Assembly (NCBI GenBank): GCA_965248535.1
Contig: CBDFJR010000005.1
Coordinates: 1,664,001 to 1,728,000 of the forward strand
DNA: 64,000 nt
Reading direction: 5' to 3'
DNA from: Phormidesmis sp.
GTDB lineage: Bacteria > Cyanobacteriota > Cyanobacteriia > Leptolyngbyales > Leptolyngbyaceae
Shown here one piece after another: positions 10,377 through 21,866 of the stretch. The notes beneath the pieces are model-generated. The model was not told where the DNA came from and did no database searches. It worked only from the letters and a program-made list of their open reading frames with translations. A program made the position numbers and the translations under genes. Every line of letters begins with the position of its first letter. Positions within the stretch are counted from its first letter, which is position 1.

Positions 10377-11786
10377 CTAGTTTGAATTGGCAGAAGTCTT
10401 GGCGCGCTTGACAGGCTTGGGCTTGTCAGAACCACCGCCCCCGCGAGAACGAGGCGCATCGTCCACAACCGGGTCACCCCCAGAGGTCATCCAAGAAGGA
10501 CGAGTCTTGTCATAGACCATTTGCAAAGCGGCAGCCGCGATCGCATGAGGTTCAAACTCTTCAGCTAACTGGGCCACGATCGGCAAGAATGAAGCCATCC
10601 GTTCGCCCGTCAAAGCCTCGCGCACCTGACCTTGGAGCTTATCTAAGTAACGAACTTCAATTTCGGCACGAGTCGGCACGTTGCGAATCTCTAAACGCTG
10701 ACGCACATGGTTCTCAATGTCGCGCAGTTTGCGACGATCAAGCGCGTGAACCAACGAGATTGCGGTGCCCTCTTTGCCAGCGCGCCCAGTGCGACCGATG
10801 CGGTGAACATAGCTTTCAACGCTGTCGGGCAAGTCGTAGTTGATCACATGGGTGAGATCATCGACGTGAATGCCTCGTGCGGCAATATCCGTTGCCACCA
10901 CCCAACGCACCTGACGCTGACGGAACCGCAACAGCAGCCGTTCACGCTGGGTCTGGGTGAGATCACCGTGATACTCATCTACGCTATGTCCAGCAGATTG
11001 CAGTTGACTGGTCAGTTCAGCAGCAGCGCGACGAGTCCGCACAAAGATCAGAGCCGTTTCAGGATCTTCCAACTCTAAGATGGGTTGCAGTGCCCGCGCT
11101 TTCGTCCAGCCACGGGGGATCGTATAGGCCACCTGATTAATGCGATTGGGAGCGGCTTTAGGCTGCTCGATCGTCACCGTCACAGGCGATCTTAAGAACT
11201 TCGTCACCAGCTTCCGCACCGAGGGTTCCATCGTGGCAGAAAAGAACGCGGTTTGACGCTCAACTGGAGCCTGGTTCAGAATCTTTTCAACATCCTGAAT
11301 GAAGCCCATGTTCAGCATCTCATCCGCTTCGTCTAGCACCATCCAACTCAACTGGTTAAGCTTGAGGTCACCACGGCTGAGGAGGTCGATCACTCGTCCG
11401 GGTGTGCCGACGACAATTTGCGCTCCTTTGCGGAGACGAGAAATTTGCTGATCGATCGACTGGCCACCATAGATGGCTAGAACTTGGACGCGCTTGTCGT
11501 CCACAAAAGTGCGAGCTGCCTGACATACCTGCATTGCCAACTCACGAGTTGGCGTAAGGATCAGGGCTTGCACGGCCGGGTTTTTCGGGTCAATCCGCTC
11601 CAAGATGGGCAGAGAGAAGGCGGCGGTCTTGCCTGTTCCGGTTTGAGCTTGACCCACCACATCGCGACCTGCGAGTAGGTGAGGGATGGCCTGGGCTTGA
11701 ATCGCGGTCGGGGCGGCAAAGCCTAACTCTTCTAAGTTACGAACGCGAGCTTCAGAAAGTCCAAGGCTTTGGAAAGAAAGGGTCAT
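10377..11786 (-). CDS. crhR: DEAD-box RNA helicase CrhR
   Basis: AQTGTGKT, PTRELA, DEAD, SAT and HRIGRTGRAG motifs; directly downstream of rimO. Confidence 0.9.
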   Translation of the reverse strand: MTLSFQSLGLSEARVRNLEELGFAAPTAIQAQAIPHLLAGRDVVGQAQTGTGKTAAFSLPILERIDPKNPAVQALILTPTRELAMQVCQAARTFVDDKRVQVLAIYGGQSIDQQISRLRKGAQIVVGTPGRVIDLLSRGDLKLNQLSWMVLDEADEMLNMGFIQDVEKILNQAPVERQTAFFSATMEPSVRKLVTKFLRSPVTVTIEQPKAAPNRINQVAYTIPRGWTKARALQPILELEDPETALIFVRTRRAAAELTSQLQSAGHSVDEYHGDLTQTQRERLLLRFRQRQVRWVVATDIAARGIHVDDLTHVINYDLPDSVESYVHRIGRTGRAGKEGTAISLVHALDRRKLRDIENHVRQRLEIRNVPTRAEIEVRYLDKLQGQVREALTGERMASFLPIVAQLAEEFEPHAIAAAALQMVYDKTRPSWMTSGGDPVVDDAPRSRGGGGSDKPKPVKRAKTSANSN

Positions 11787-11992
11787 TGAATGCTCCTAAT
11801 AGGTCAAAGGTCATGCGCCATCACTCGACGAGGGGATCAGGATGTCCTGAGAAAACTCAGGGGTGGTCAATCCTGCTGCTGACACTGGTCGGAAAAGGCG
11901 CGTCAGAAAAACGTCAGAAAGAGGTGAAAAAGAGGAGGTCGCAAACAGCGGCTCTTAAATCACGCTTGGTAAACCGTAACCATCGAAAAACC

Positions 11993-13348
11993 TCATCGAG
12001 TCGCCAGTAAGGATTTCTGCATTAGGTCTGCTGCGGTTGCAACGTGCCCATACAGGTCATAGACATCGGCATCGACGATCGCCACGGGCACAAGTGCCCC
12101 TAGCGATGCCTCACCCTGGACATACACCAGTCCATCCACCTCTGGCGAAAAGCGGGCAGACCGACCGACTAACTCACCCGTTTCCGGGTTTTCTTGCTCA
12201 ATCAAAACATCGACAACCTTGCCAATCTGCGATCGATTTCGTCTAAGAGAAATCGGTTGCTGAATCTGCATCAAGGCATCGCGACGGGCATCCATTACCG
12301 ATTGCGGCAACTGGTTGGGCAACTCGTAGGCAGGGGTTCCCTCTTCGGGGGAAAAGGTGAAGACCCCTACATGATCGAACTCGTGACGTTGAACAAATTG
12401 CAGCAAATGTTCAAACTGTTCATCGGTTTCACCGGGGAATCCCACGATGAAAGTGGTTCTCAGCACAGCATCGGGCAACGCTAATTTGATGCGCTCAATG
12501 ATGCCGTCGTTGACCCGACCCTGCCAGGGACGATTCATCGATCGAAGAATCTCTGGGTGAGAGTGCTGAAGGGGCAAGTCTAAATAGGGCAGAACGTTGG
12601 GCGTTTCTTGCATCGCCGCCATCACCTGGGGCGTTAAGCCCGTGGGGTAGGCATAGTGCATCCGAATCCAGGGGATGTCTACTTTGCCAAGGGCCCGGAT
12701 CAGGTCTGCCAGTCTGGGTTCCCCATAGATATCTAATCCATAGTTCGTGGTGATTTGAGAAATCAGGATAATTTCCCGAACGCCCTCTAGGGCAAGCTGG
12801 TGAGCTTCAGTGACGATGGACTCGATCGTGCGCGATCGTTGGTTTCCGCGCAAGTGGGGGATAATACAAAAGGCGCAACGATAGTCACAACCTTCTGCAA
12901 TTCTGAGATAAGCAACTCCCTCGGTGGTGGTGCGATAGCGGGGAGTCGTTTCGTCTGCAATATAGGTAGGTTCTTGAGAGACTTCGGTAACTCGCTCTCC
13001 TAACTCAGTGCGAGCAATCACATCTACAATTTTGTGATAATCGCCTGTTCCCACGAGTGCCACGGCTTCAGGAAGCTCGTCTAATAGCTGCTCCTGAAAG
13101 TGCTGCGCCATGCAGCCCGTGATCACAATTTTTTTGTTCGCTTCTGCTAGCTCTACAAGCGTCCGCACTGACTCTTCGCGTGCTGCTTGAATGAAGCTGC
13201 ACGTATTGACGATTACATAATCTGCGAGTTCATCGTTTGCGTCAACCTCGTAGCCTGCTTGCACTAACAAACCCAGCATGTGCTCGGTGTCAATTCTGTT
13301 TTTTTCGCAGCCTAAATGAGAGATGGCAATAGTTGGCTTGTTGCCCAT
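11993..13348 (-). CDS. rimO: Ribosomal protein S12 methylthiotransferase
   Basis: LGCEKNRID, radical [12 protein letters not shown]-terminal TRAM-like region. Confidence 0.95.
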   Translation of the reverse strand: MGNKPTIAISHLGCEKNRIDTEHMLGLLVQAGYEVDANDELADYVIVNTCSFIQAAREESVRTLVELAEANKKIVITGCMAQHFQEQLLDELPEAVALVGTGDYHKIVDVIARTELGERVTEVSQEPTYIADETTPRYRTTTEGVAYLRIAEGCDYRCAFCIIPHLRGNQRSRTIESIVTEAHQLALEGVREIILISQITTNYGLDIYGEPRLADLIRALGKVDIPWIRMHYAYPTGLTPQVMAAMQETPNVLPYLDLPLQHSHPEILRSMNRPWQGRVNDGIIERIKLALPDAVLRTTFIVGFPGETDEQFEHLLQFVQRHEFDHVGVFTFSPEEGTPAYELPNQLPQSVMDARRDALMQIQQPISLRRNRSQIGKVVDVLIEQENPETGELVGRSARFSPEVDGLVYVQGEASLGALVPVAIVDADVYDLYGHVATAADLMQKSLLATR

Positions 13349-13668
13349 GAAAAACCTGATGGAATGGATAACGAAAGGTCAGTGTCGGTTTAAACCGTAG
13401 CGATCGTCGGTGCGATGGCTCTTTCCCTCGCTTCCCATCCAAAGAGCCAGATGCTTAATGGATACAGATACTCGCAATCGCTTTGCTGTCTTGATCTCAA
13501 TAATAGCGCAAAATCTAGAAATATTACGTTCTGTTAAACAGATTCTTTTTCGATCAGCCAGGGGAAATAGATTGAGGCTTCCGCTGCTCTGAATTTTGCG
13601 CCTTTCCAAGCTTAACCCCTGAACAGACGCACCCTACTCTTTCTCTCTATCCTTTTACACTTCTTAAT

Positions 13669-15102
13669 TTATCTAACCGAGAACGCTTCGCTAAATTTCT
13701 TGGTCACAGGCTCAAGCAAAAAGCTCAGAATTGATTTCTTGCGGGTCACAATCTCAGCGGCTCCCGTCATGCCAGGAGTCAGTTCAACATCTCGACCGCG
13801 GACGCTAATGGCACTTTTGTTGAGCCGAATCTTAGCCAGGAAGACCGGGCCCATCGTGCGACCGTTTTCATCTTTCTCGACGACAGCATCGGGGCTGATC
13901 TGAAGCACTTCGCCCTCGATCACGCCGAACTCTTGATAGGGAAAGGTGGCCAATTTAATTTTCGCATTCATGCCGGGACGAATGAAGCCAATATCTTGAT
14001 TAGGCACTTTGACTTCTAGAACCAGATCTTGATTTTTAGGCGAGATTGAAAGTAACTCTTCACCCTGCTGCACGGGGCCTTGAGTCACCTTAATGTTGTA
14101 GACCGTTCCATCAAAGGGCGCGGTGACAGTTTCTTTATCTGACTGCTGCTTTTTAGCGATCGCGATCTCGCCACTCTTTTTAATCAACTCTTCACGGCGT
14201 TGATTGAGTTGAGTGAGAATCTCACCCTGACGCTGCGGAGCCAAGCCCTGAGCCGTGCTTTTGGCTGAGTTAAACGCTTGCTGGGCTTGACGAATTCGAT
14301 CTTGCTGGGCTTGAGCTTCTTTGACCAGAGACGTGATTTTGTCTTCTGCATCGTTGATCTGGTTGTTAGCATTCGTGACCTGATCAACCGCGTTGAGATA
14401 GTCTAATCGGGGAACAGCATTGCTAGCAATCAGGGTGTGAAGACTTTTCTCGCGCTCTTGAGCCGTGGCGAGGTTGGCTTTGGCATTTTTTAGCGTCGTC
14501 TGAGCATTCAAAAGATTTTCTTGATATCGCTCTAGGCGGGTTTGCGCTTCGTTAATGGTCGCGATTTGCCGATTGGCTTCGGCGACTGCCCCGGCTTGCT
14601 TTTCGGTGAATTCTCGCTGGCGCGCATTCAATAACTGATCTTGAAGAGGATTTCCGCCTGAGACCGTTTGCCCTCGACTCTCTGCTTCTAGACGATTGAC
14701 ATCTTCTTGAATCTTTTGGGCATCTTTTTCTAAACTCGCGACATTGGTTTCGCTAGCTCCCGGATCGATTTCGACCAAAACCTGTCCCTTTTTGACGACG
14801 CTGCCTGTTTTGACTTTGGTTTGGGAGACGCTGCCGACCCCCAAAGCTCGAATCGGTCGCACTTCGGTTGAGGGAACCGTTTTGCCTTGGGTGATCGCCA
14901 CTTCATCAATTTGGCTAAAGTGCGCCCAAGAGATCGTGCCGATCACAATCACGCTAACCGTGCCTGCCAGGATGCGGGTGTAGAGGGGCGGCAACTCTTG
15001 AACGGCTTTGCCAAGCTCAAACGAAAGCGAATCTTCAGGGTTGGCAAGCTGCTGTTTGACTTGCTGAGACTGAGCAGGAGTGGAAGAAAGAGAAACGCGC
15101 AT
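13669..15102 (-). CDS. HlyD-family periplasmic adaptor
   Basis: N-terminal TM helix, long coiled coil, APFDGTV and TPGMTGAAEI. Confidence 0.9.
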   Translation of the reverse strand: MRVSLSSTPAQSQQVKQQLANPEDSLSFELGKAVQELPPLYTRILAGTVSVIVIGTISWAHFSQIDEVAITQGKTVPSTEVRPIRALGVGSVSQTKVKTGSVVKKGQVLVEIDPGASETNVASLEKDAQKIQEDVNRLEAESRGQTVSGGNPLQDQLLNARQREFTEKQAGAVAEANRQIATINEAQTRLERYQENLLNAQTTLKNAKANLATAQEREKSLHTLIASNAVPRLDYLNAVDQVTNANNQINDAEDKITSLVKEAQAQQDRIRQAQQAFNSAKSTAQGLAPQRQGEILTQLNQRREELIKKSGEIAIAKKQQSDKETVTAPFDGTVYNIKVTQGPVQQGEELLSISPKNQDLVLEVKVPNQDIGFIRPGMNAKIKLATFPYQEFGVIEGEVLQISPDAVVEKDENGRTMGPVFLAKIRLNKSAISVRGRDVELTPGMTGAAEIVTRKKSILSFLLEPVTKKFSEAFSVR

Positions 15103-15268
15103 AAGTCTTTCGTTGTTCGGGGGCAGAGATCAAGAGTCAACCGTATACTGGCTTTAACGATAGTCGATCGGACTGGGAATCTATCAGGGGCTACAGTAAT
15201 GTAATGAGATTTGAATAACCCTTAAGCAAGGCGACGATCGGCGACACGGCGCTTAAGATAGCTCCAGA

Positions 15269-15580
15269 ATGCCCACCTCTGTCAAGGGTGACACATCTGT
15301 GTTTCAACTTCTTTATCCGCTGGTTCATACCATCCAACCGTTTTTGGTGCCCATTTGCTTTGTGGTTGCTTGGTTGTTTGTGATTCTCACCGTCTGGAGT
15401 TTGGTTTCAACGGTGTTTGACGGGTTAGGCAGAGCTAGACAGATGCACCAAATTCCTTGTGCAACCTGTCAATATTTTACGGGTGATTATGTGCTGAAGT
15501 GCACCGTTCACCCCTCGATCGCGCTCTCCGAAGAAGCGATTCACTGCCCTGATTATCACCCTAATCCTCATCTCTATTAG
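15269..15580 (+). CDS. Membrane protein with Cys-rich C-terminus
   Basis: TM segment plus MHQIPCATC..C..HP..C; true start may be the GTG near 15299. Confidence 0.75.
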   Translation: MPTSVKGDTSVFQLLYPLVHTIQPFLVPICFVVAWLFVILTVWSLVSTVFDGLGRARQMHQIPCATCQYFTGDYVLKCTVHPSIALSEEAIHCPDYHPNPHLY

Positions 15581-15628
15581 GATTCTCTATTAGGATTTTA
15601 GAGAAGAATTTAGAATTGTGGAGATCGT

Positions 15629-15994
15629 GTGATGTTGGTGCAAAAACTCAGTCATTGTCCAGAGTTTGTGGCCGGAGACGGGACGCTGCTGCGCGAATTG
15701 TTTCACCCTGACAAGCAGTCGCTGGATTTGAGATATAGCTTGGCGCAGGCGATCGTGCCAGTCGGAAAAACCTCGATTCCCCACGCGCTAGCCACGTCTG
15801 AGGTTTACTATATTCTCGCGGGTGAGGGAGAAATGCACATTTACAACGAAACCCAGACCGTAGGAACCGGGGATGCCATTTATATTCCGCCGGGGGCAAC
15901 ACAGTTTATCCGTAACAGTGGCGATGAGCCGCTGGTTTTTATCTGTATTGTTGATCCTGCTTGGCGCAAGGAAGACGAGACGGTCTACCCGTGA
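15629..15994 (+). CDS. Cupin domain protein
   Basis: EVYYILAGEG and GDAIYIPPG. Confidence 0.88.
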   Translation: MMLVQKLSHCPEFVAGDGTLLRELFHPDKQSLDLRYSLAQAIVPVGKTSIPHALATSEVYYILAGEGEMHIYNETQTVGTGDAIYIPPGATQFIRNSGDEPLVFICIVDPAWRKEDETVYP

Positions 15995-16037
15995 ACGATC
16001 GTAGGGTGAAGACGTTAATCTCCACCCCAGACGATCG

Positions 16038-16352
16038 TTAGTCTGGGTTTGACTCTGGGTAGTGACGCTTAGGAAGCTGTTCGGCTTCAGGGCAATCGTC
16101 TGAAACCAGAGGATCGACATTTCCTTTCGGCACAGAGGCAAGCTTTTGAGTAACTGCCCCAATGCTTTCTAGACGCACCATCTCTTCCCAAGAGCAGTTT
16201 TCGTCATCTTCTTCGGTCTCATAACGCAACGTGACTAGATCGCCTTCGATATCTAGAATCTTGGCACGCTCAATCCAGCGTTGCTGATCCCGCAAGAAAA
16301 TCCAGACTTCTCGACCATCGCAACAGAGTTGATAGATCTTGCGGTGTAGCAT
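16038..16352 (-). CDS. Conserved cyanobacterial hypothetical protein (DUF6679-like, from recall)
   Basis: 104 aa with an AGGAG RBS; beta-rich N-terminal part. Confidence 0.8.
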   Translation of the reverse strand: MLHRKIYQLCCDGREVWIFLRDQQRWIERAKILDIEGDLVTLRYETEEDDENCSWEEMVRLESIGAVTQKLASVPKGNVDPLVSDDCPEAEQLPKRHYPESNPD

Positions 16353-16927
16353 ATATTGCTTCTCCTGAGCAAATGACTCTTAAAACTGCACATTGAAACT
16401 GCGCTTCCCTAGACGTGAGGGTGACAATGTTCTTCAAACCTGGCAAGGAAGCCCTAAGTCTCCTTGATGGATGCACCAGGCTAAATTTTTCTGCTGAAAG
16501 AGAATCACTGGCTTTGGTACAAACTTTCTACTCATGTTAACAGGCTAACGTCAGAGAGGACAGGGGAGGTTCTAACCAAGGGGTGCTTTGACGGGGGATC
16601 ACAAGAAAGTCTGCCCAGTTAAAAGGAGAGTTGCGATCGCCATCATTTATTGAAAGTCAGAAAAGGTTAACGTAGCTCAATTTAATAACGTGCAGGGGGT
16701 GAATCAAAAGAGCAACGGTTGGTCAGACGGGTGAAAAGCACAGGCAGATCGGCATCGGTCAAAAGCTTGAGGGGGGGCATTGATGACAACCATTATGCAA
16801 AGCGTTCCCATGGGTTTGTGAGCCTTTCAAGGTCTTGCTAAGTTAACTGCCTTTAAGTATCGAATTGTACCAACTATTCTAGCCATTGTTAAGCAGAGTG
16901 ACTAAATGAATTGACGAATTTTGAAAT

Positions 16928-18469
16928 CTAAGGAAGCCAGCGGGGATGAAAGCCGGGCATGGGTAGGGCTTCAGGCTGAACTTTAGCGGTTAAATTGCCG
17001 TTGAGGGGCAAAAGCCAGAGACGACTATTGGCGACTGATTTGCCGTCGGGCGATCGGGCTTCTCCATCCGTCTGATCAAAGAGCAGCGCTAACCCATCGG
17101 GGGCCAGGCTCACTTGAATATCTCGCTGTTTGGGCAGCAGCACCATGGGGTGCAGGGCCTTGTCTGGGCCGCCTGGGGTCACGGCAGTTTTGAGGTCGAT
17201 CGCAGCTAGATAGGGCTGTTCTTGATAGGTGGCACCCGGCAAAAGATTAGTCAGCAGACAGTAAAGAATTTGCTCGGTGGGGTCAAACTGAGCGCTAACG
17301 ATCGAGCCTGTGGTTTTAAAGATTTCTTTGGGGTCTCCTTGATTAGTGACGAGAAACAGCGATCGGGTGTAATCGGTGTTGAATTTGACCATGGCAGCGC
17401 TAGAGCCATCTTTAGAGAAACTCAGCACCGTGCCAAACTTGGGTAAAAAGTCTAGCGGGTCAGCTTGGGGTCGCAGGGGAATGAGGGCGAGTCCTTGGCC
17501 TTGGGCGATCGCGAGGGATGAACTGTCAGGCGTAATTAAAAACTCACCTCCGGGCTGCTTGTTGTCTAGCGGCTGGGGCGCAGAGCCTGGGCGGAGCATC
17601 CACGGGCCAAAATCATTGGGGTTTTTGCGGTTGACGCGCTGCACGACGATCACATTTCCATCAGCCGATAGATCAAATTTGAGATTTTGATAATCTTGAT
17701 TGTCTAGAACACGATCGATTTGCCCAGAGGCTTGACTAGGCGAGGGTTTAACTGAGTTAAAGAAATCCCAATCAGACTTTTGAACGTCAGTGGGTTGGGC
17801 TGGAGCTTCAATCGAGAGTCCGGTTGTCACGGTGTAAAGCTGTTGATCGACTAACGTCTGGGCGGGATTGGCACGATCGAGAGCAGAAAAAAGAATGCGA
17901 TCGCTTTGGGCATAGGGTTTAAAGTCCATGACCACCAGATTTTGGGGAGTCAGGATTTTTTTCTCTTGCTTGGTCAAGTTGAAGAGCATCAACCGCCCCG
18001 CTTCGTCGCCGTCAACCCCTATGTAGGCAAAAGACCGATCGCGGCTCTGAAAGTTGCCAATAAAGGGCTGAAGGCTGGCGCGGTCAGCCCCCTCTTGAGC
18101 AAACCGATCTTGGGCATTTTGCAGCTTCACCTTGAAGGACGTGCCGTAGGGCGCAGGCGCATTCAGGGTATAGGCCATTCGTCGCCCGGCCCAGCTAGTC
18201 TTTCCGGGCAGAGACGGCTCGATTTGCAGGTTTTGCTCAACGCTGGGGTGATCCATCGGGCGGCTAAACGTCAGCACAAACGCACTGTCGTCTGAGCCAA
18301 CTTGCTTGTTTTGCCAATTAAAATCACGGACTCGTGGGGCACTGCGATCGCCGCTTAACAACAGCAGCCCAATCACCACGCTCAAAATTGCCATGACAAA
18401 CAGCGCGGCACGATCGAGCGGTTGAAAAAACTGCCTAGACGGAGCGGTGGGCGTAGGTTGCATAGTCAA
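16928..18469 (-). CDS. Membrane-anchored protein with Ig-like and beta-propeller-like regions
   Basis: N-terminal TM, LTFSRPMD Ig-like motif, repeated SxDG turns. Confidence 0.75.
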   Translation of the reverse strand: MTMQPTPTAPSRQFFQPLDRAALFVMAILSVVIGLLLLSGDRSAPRVRDFNWQNKQVGSDDSAFVLTFSRPMDHPSVEQNLQIEPSLPGKTSWAGRRMAYTLNAPAPYGTSFKVKLQNAQDRFAQEGADRASLQPFIGNFQSRDRSFAYIGVDGDEAGRLMLFNLTKQEKKILTPQNLVVMDFKPYAQSDRILFSALDRANPAQTLVDQQLYTVTTGLSIEAPAQPTDVQKSDWDFFNSVKPSPSQASGQIDRVLDNQDYQNLKFDLSADGNVIVVQRVNRKNPNDFGPWMLRPGSAPQPLDNKQPGGEFLITPDSSSLAIAQGQGLALIPLRPQADPLDFLPKFGTVLSFSKDGSSAAMVKFNTDYTRSLFLVTNQGDPKEIFKTTGSIVSAQFDPTEQILYCLLTNLLPGATYQEQPYLAAIDLKTAVTPGGPDKALHPMVLLPKQRDIQVSLAPDGLALLFDQTDGEARSPDGKSVANSRLWLLPLNGNLTAKVQPEALPMPGFHPRWLP

Positions 18470-18502
18470 TTTTGATCAAAGGCTTAAGCATTTCAGTCTA
18501 GA

Positions 18503-18718
18503 TTACTGCAAATCGTTGGCGGGCAGAGTTAACCCCAATCGCTGCTGAAGCGCGTGAATCACCTCTTCGCTGGTCTGGGGGTCTAAAATTCTTAAATCTT
18601 CTTCGGTGTAATTCATCAAATCACCGATCGTTTGAATTTGAGTGCGTTTGAGGGAGCCAAGAGCCTTCATTGAAAGCTGAAGATCTTCAATGGGCTGGCG
18701 ATCGAGCGCGTTGTTCAT
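18503..18718 (-). CDS. Stand-alone RNA polymerase alpha-CTD-like protein (71 aa)
   Basis: PIEDLQLSMKALGSLKRTQIQTIGDL resembles the RpoA C-terminal domain; start placed at the ATG at 18718. Confidence 0.8.
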   Translation of the reverse strand: MNNALDRQPIEDLQLSMKALGSLKRTQIQTIGDLMNYTEEDLRILDPQTSEEVIHALQQRLGLTLPANDLQ

Positions 18719-18918
18719 AGCTCTAAAGATTAAGTGATAAGAGTTTTGAATTCTAGGAGAGAACCCTGCTGAAAAAAGGACTGGCTTGATCTCGCCCATC
18801 GCATATTTAATCACTCAACTTGATTGTCCTCAAGCTTATGCGGGAACTCTAGAGATTAATCGCGCTCCACAAAGCGAGTCAGCAAGCCCCCTTTGAACTT
18901 GTTCTAAGAGATCTGCTC

Positions 18919-19584
18919 ATGAATTTAGAGTCCAACGCGCCAGAGCTTTCTAACCCTTCAGCGCACAAAATTTTATCCCTAGAGTCTCAAGAGCGCCCGA
19001 TCGTAGAAGTTGCGAAGCAAGCCTTTTGGAGTGATCAAGAGTCGGATCATGATGAGAGCATTCCTGCTAAGGCGCAAACCTTGTTACTCAACGGTAGACC
19101 CATTCCTGAAGCTGATTTTCCGCGTTTATCGTCTCCAGAGAGAAAGCTGAAATACGTTCAAGGGGTCGCGCAGTCGGGGCAAGTTTATTTGCTCACCAAT
19201 CTGCTGCAAGACCAATCCCAAACGCTCTTTCAGTCTCAAACCGTCTGGACGATCGGACGACATCGTGGGGCTGCCCTGTCTCTCAGCGATCGTAAACTGT
19301 CTCGCCGCCACGCCGTGATTCTCCACGATGCAGAAGGATTTTATCTGATCGATCTCAATAGCCTAAACGGCTCGTATGTAAACGGCGATCGGGTGCAGCA
19401 GCGTCATCTTTTGGGCGATGGCGATCGGGTGTGTTTAGGCAGCGTCGAGTTTTTCTTTTTCGTCAGTCAACAGAGACACTCTTTAGAGCCGATTCACCCA
19501 GAAGTGCTGTCTCGCCTACACAATCTAAAGTCGCGCTCTACGTCGTTTGCTGACTATTCAGACGAACAGCAAAAGAAGATTTAA
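18919..19584 (+). CDS. FHA domain protein
   Basis: WTIGR, LSRRHA and DLNSLNGSYVNG. Confidence 0.9.
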   Translation: MNLESNAPELSNPSAHKILSLESQERPIVEVAKQAFWSDQESDHDESIPAKAQTLLLNGRPIPEADFPRLSSPERKLKYVQGVAQSGQVYLLTNLLQDQSQTLFQSQTVWTIGRHRGAALSLSDRKLSRRHAVILHDAEGFYLIDLNSLNGSYVNGDRVQQRHLLGDGDRVCLGSVEFFFFVSQQRHSLEPIHPEVLSRLHNLKSRSTSFADYSDEQQKKI

Positions 19585-19592
19585 ACAAGACG

Positions 19593-19625
19593 CTGTAGAG
19601 ACGCTTTGTGAGAACCTCTCTACAG
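19593..19625. repeat. GTAG-type REP-like palindrome between convergent genes
   Basis: CTGTAGAGACG...CTCTCTACAG. Confidence 0.55.
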
Positions 19626-19660
19626 ATTAGCCAACTAGGACAGGAGATAGAAAGCGATCG

Positions 19661-20680
19661 CTAGATCAGCAGCGGGCGGAAGCCATGCTTCACCGAGGCC
19701 TCACCAATTTGCTCCATCTTTTCAACCGTGATGTGGTTGCGCCCCCACGAAAAGTTGGTGTGCCATTTCTCAAACTCCAGCAGCATCGACTCAGCGAAAC
19801 AGGCAAACAACTGGCGAGCGGGCACGTCCATGTTAACGATGCTCATAATCCGCCAGTCGATGTCGAGCGAGTGTTCTACAATGCCACCATTGAGAACGTG
19901 CACCCCCTCATGCTGCACCTTTGTGCCCAGGTTTTTAGGATAGCCGCCATCAATCAGCAAACAGGGCTGCTTAAGAACTGCCGGATTGATCTCAACCCCT
20001 TTGGGCATACTGGCAACCCAGACAATAATGTCTGCTTGGGGCAGGGCTTCTTCTAGCCCCATAATTTTGCCGCGACCGAGTTCGGCTTGCAGATTTTGCA
20101 GGCGTTCTTGGTTGCGAGCAATAAGCAGCAGTTCGGCCACGTCGGTGCGTTTGTCTAGCCAACGGCAAACTGCGCTGCCGATGTCGCCCGTTGCCCCACA
20201 GACTGCAACCGTAGCTTCTGACAGGTTGATCCCCAATTGTTGAGCAGCTTGCTCGACTTGACGGCAGATAATATAGGCTGTGTGGGTGTTGCCCGTGGTA
20301 AATCGCTCAAACTCCAGCATGACATTGCGGACTTGGCGAATCTGACTCAAATTGAAGTTTTCAAAAATAATTGATGAAAAGCCGCCTAGGGCGGTGATGT
20401 TAATGCCGTGTTTTTGGGCGTGGGCCATCGCATTGATAATTTTGCGAGTGGCGGCCTTGATTCGGCGGGTTGCTAGCATTTCGGGCAGGAAACAAGACTC
20501 GACGTATCGGCCTTCGATCGTTTGCCCAGTAATACTGGTAACGGTGATGTTATCCACAATCTGCGGAGGAGCGCTGCACCAAAAATCCAACCCTTGGTCG
20601 GCGTATTCGGGATAGCCCAACTCTCTAGCGACTGATTGAGCGTGCTCTAGACTCGTGAGATGACCAATTAAACCAAACAT
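19661..20680 (-). CDS. aar: Long-chain acyl-ACP reductase
   Basis: Begins [25 protein letters not shown]; lies downstream of ado. Confidence 0.95.
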   Translation of the reverse strand: MFGLIGHLTSLEHAQSVARELGYPEYADQGLDFWCSAPPQIVDNITVTSITGQTIEGRYVESCFLPEMLATRRIKAATRKIINAMAHAQKHGINITALGGFSSIIFENFNLSQIRQVRNVMLEFERFTTGNTHTAYIICRQVEQAAQQLGINLSEATVAVCGATGDIGSAVCRWLDKRTDVAELLLIARNQERLQNLQAELGRGKIMGLEEALPQADIIVWVASMPKGVEINPAVLKQPCLLIDGGYPKNLGTKVQHEGVHVLNGGIVEHSLDIDWRIMSIVNMDVPARQLFACFAESMLLEFEKWHTNFSWGRNHITVEKMEQIGEASVKHGFRPLLI

Positions 20681-20896
20681 CGACAAATATATAGGTAGCC
20701 TACGGGTAAGGCTGAGATGAAGTGGATATTGAAGAAGGTTTCTGACTTCAAGAGTCAGAGGGTTTGAAACTGTGAATTCAGCGCTGTCGGTGGCTTGCGA
20801 TGATAGTGGGCACGGCAATGCCATGCCCTCACCCAAACCTCGACTTTAGTAATTCCCAATTTTTAGGCTCTGTCTAACCCTTGAAACCTGAAACGT

Positions 20897-21592
20897 TTAG
20901 ACGGTTGCTAACCCGTAGGCTGACATTCGCATGATGTCGCGGGTGGTGAACCCAATGTTGCTGAGAGCCTCGCCGTATTGGATCATGAAATCTTCGACCA
21001 GGGCTTCGCGCTCCATGCCAAGAACTTTGGCATCGACATCAACCTGGTTGAGCATCTTCCAAACGATCGGGAGATTGGCGCGGTTGGCTTCTTCAAGCTC
21101 GGCTTTTGAGGTTTCAAAGTTGGCTTTGAGCCACTCTTCGCCAAAATTGAGGTGCAGGTATTCATCTTTGACAACCCCTTCGGTGATCTTGCGGGCGAAG
21201 TCATCGGCGACGGGGATATAGATGTTGTAGGCGGCGATCGCAAAGCACTCAATGATCAAAGACTGAATCAGCAGGCAGGTGACAATCTTATTTTCTGCTG
21301 CCGCCGTTTGAAAATTCTCGTGTAGCGGAGAGAAAAACTGACGGGCAAACTCCATATCTGGAGTCACTTTAAGATTGCGACCACAGGCTTCAAACCCTTT
21401 TTTGTGACGGCTCTCCATTTTTGCCAAGCCGACGAGTTGGTCTTTTTGGTCAGGAATCAGCCCGCCCAAGCTGTGATAGTTTTCGTGGGCTTCTTGCTCG
21501 CCCTCAATCACGATCGCGTTGATGCGGCTATAAGCGTCTTTATAGGTTTCGCTCTGGAAGTCAATGTCTTGAATCGCCTCAAGTTGGGGCAT
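20897..21592 (-). CDS. ado: Aldehyde-deformylating oxygenase
   Basis: [19 protein letters not shown] and di-iron ExxH motifs. Confidence 0.97.
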   Translation of the reverse strand: MPQLEAIQDIDFQSETYKDAYSRINAIVIEGEQEAHENYHSLGGLIPDQKDQLVGLAKMESRHKKGFEACGRNLKVTPDMEFARQFFSPLHENFQTAAAENKIVTCLLIQSLIIECFAIAAYNIYIPVADDFARKITEGVVKDEYLHLNFGEEWLKANFETSKAELEEANRANLPIVWKMLNQVDVDAKVLGMEREALVEDFMIQYGEALSNIGFTTRDIMRMSAYGLATV

Positions 21593-21866
21593 AAAACAGT
21601 AGTCTCCTGGTCATGAATACGTCGTCACAGATCGATCCGGGCTTTGAAATTGAGGAAAAGGGGTCGCTCAACGGGTTGAACGTCTAATCTACACTTTACC
21701 GTCTCTCGTCAAGGATGAAGATGAGAATCATTAAATTCTGCTCCATTTTGTACGGTTGGGGGCTAAAATGCCAGATTCTTAGTTCTGTGTCATTCAGCGT
21801 TAGTGTAGCCTGTGCAGATATCGTTTTTCTAGAGAGAAGTGGTCTATCTATCCTCTACTGAGCAGA

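Noticed and set aside
21720..21736. Fur-box-like GATGAGAATCATT upstream of ado
   Set aside because: Only a partial match; not distinguishable from AT-rich promoter background.
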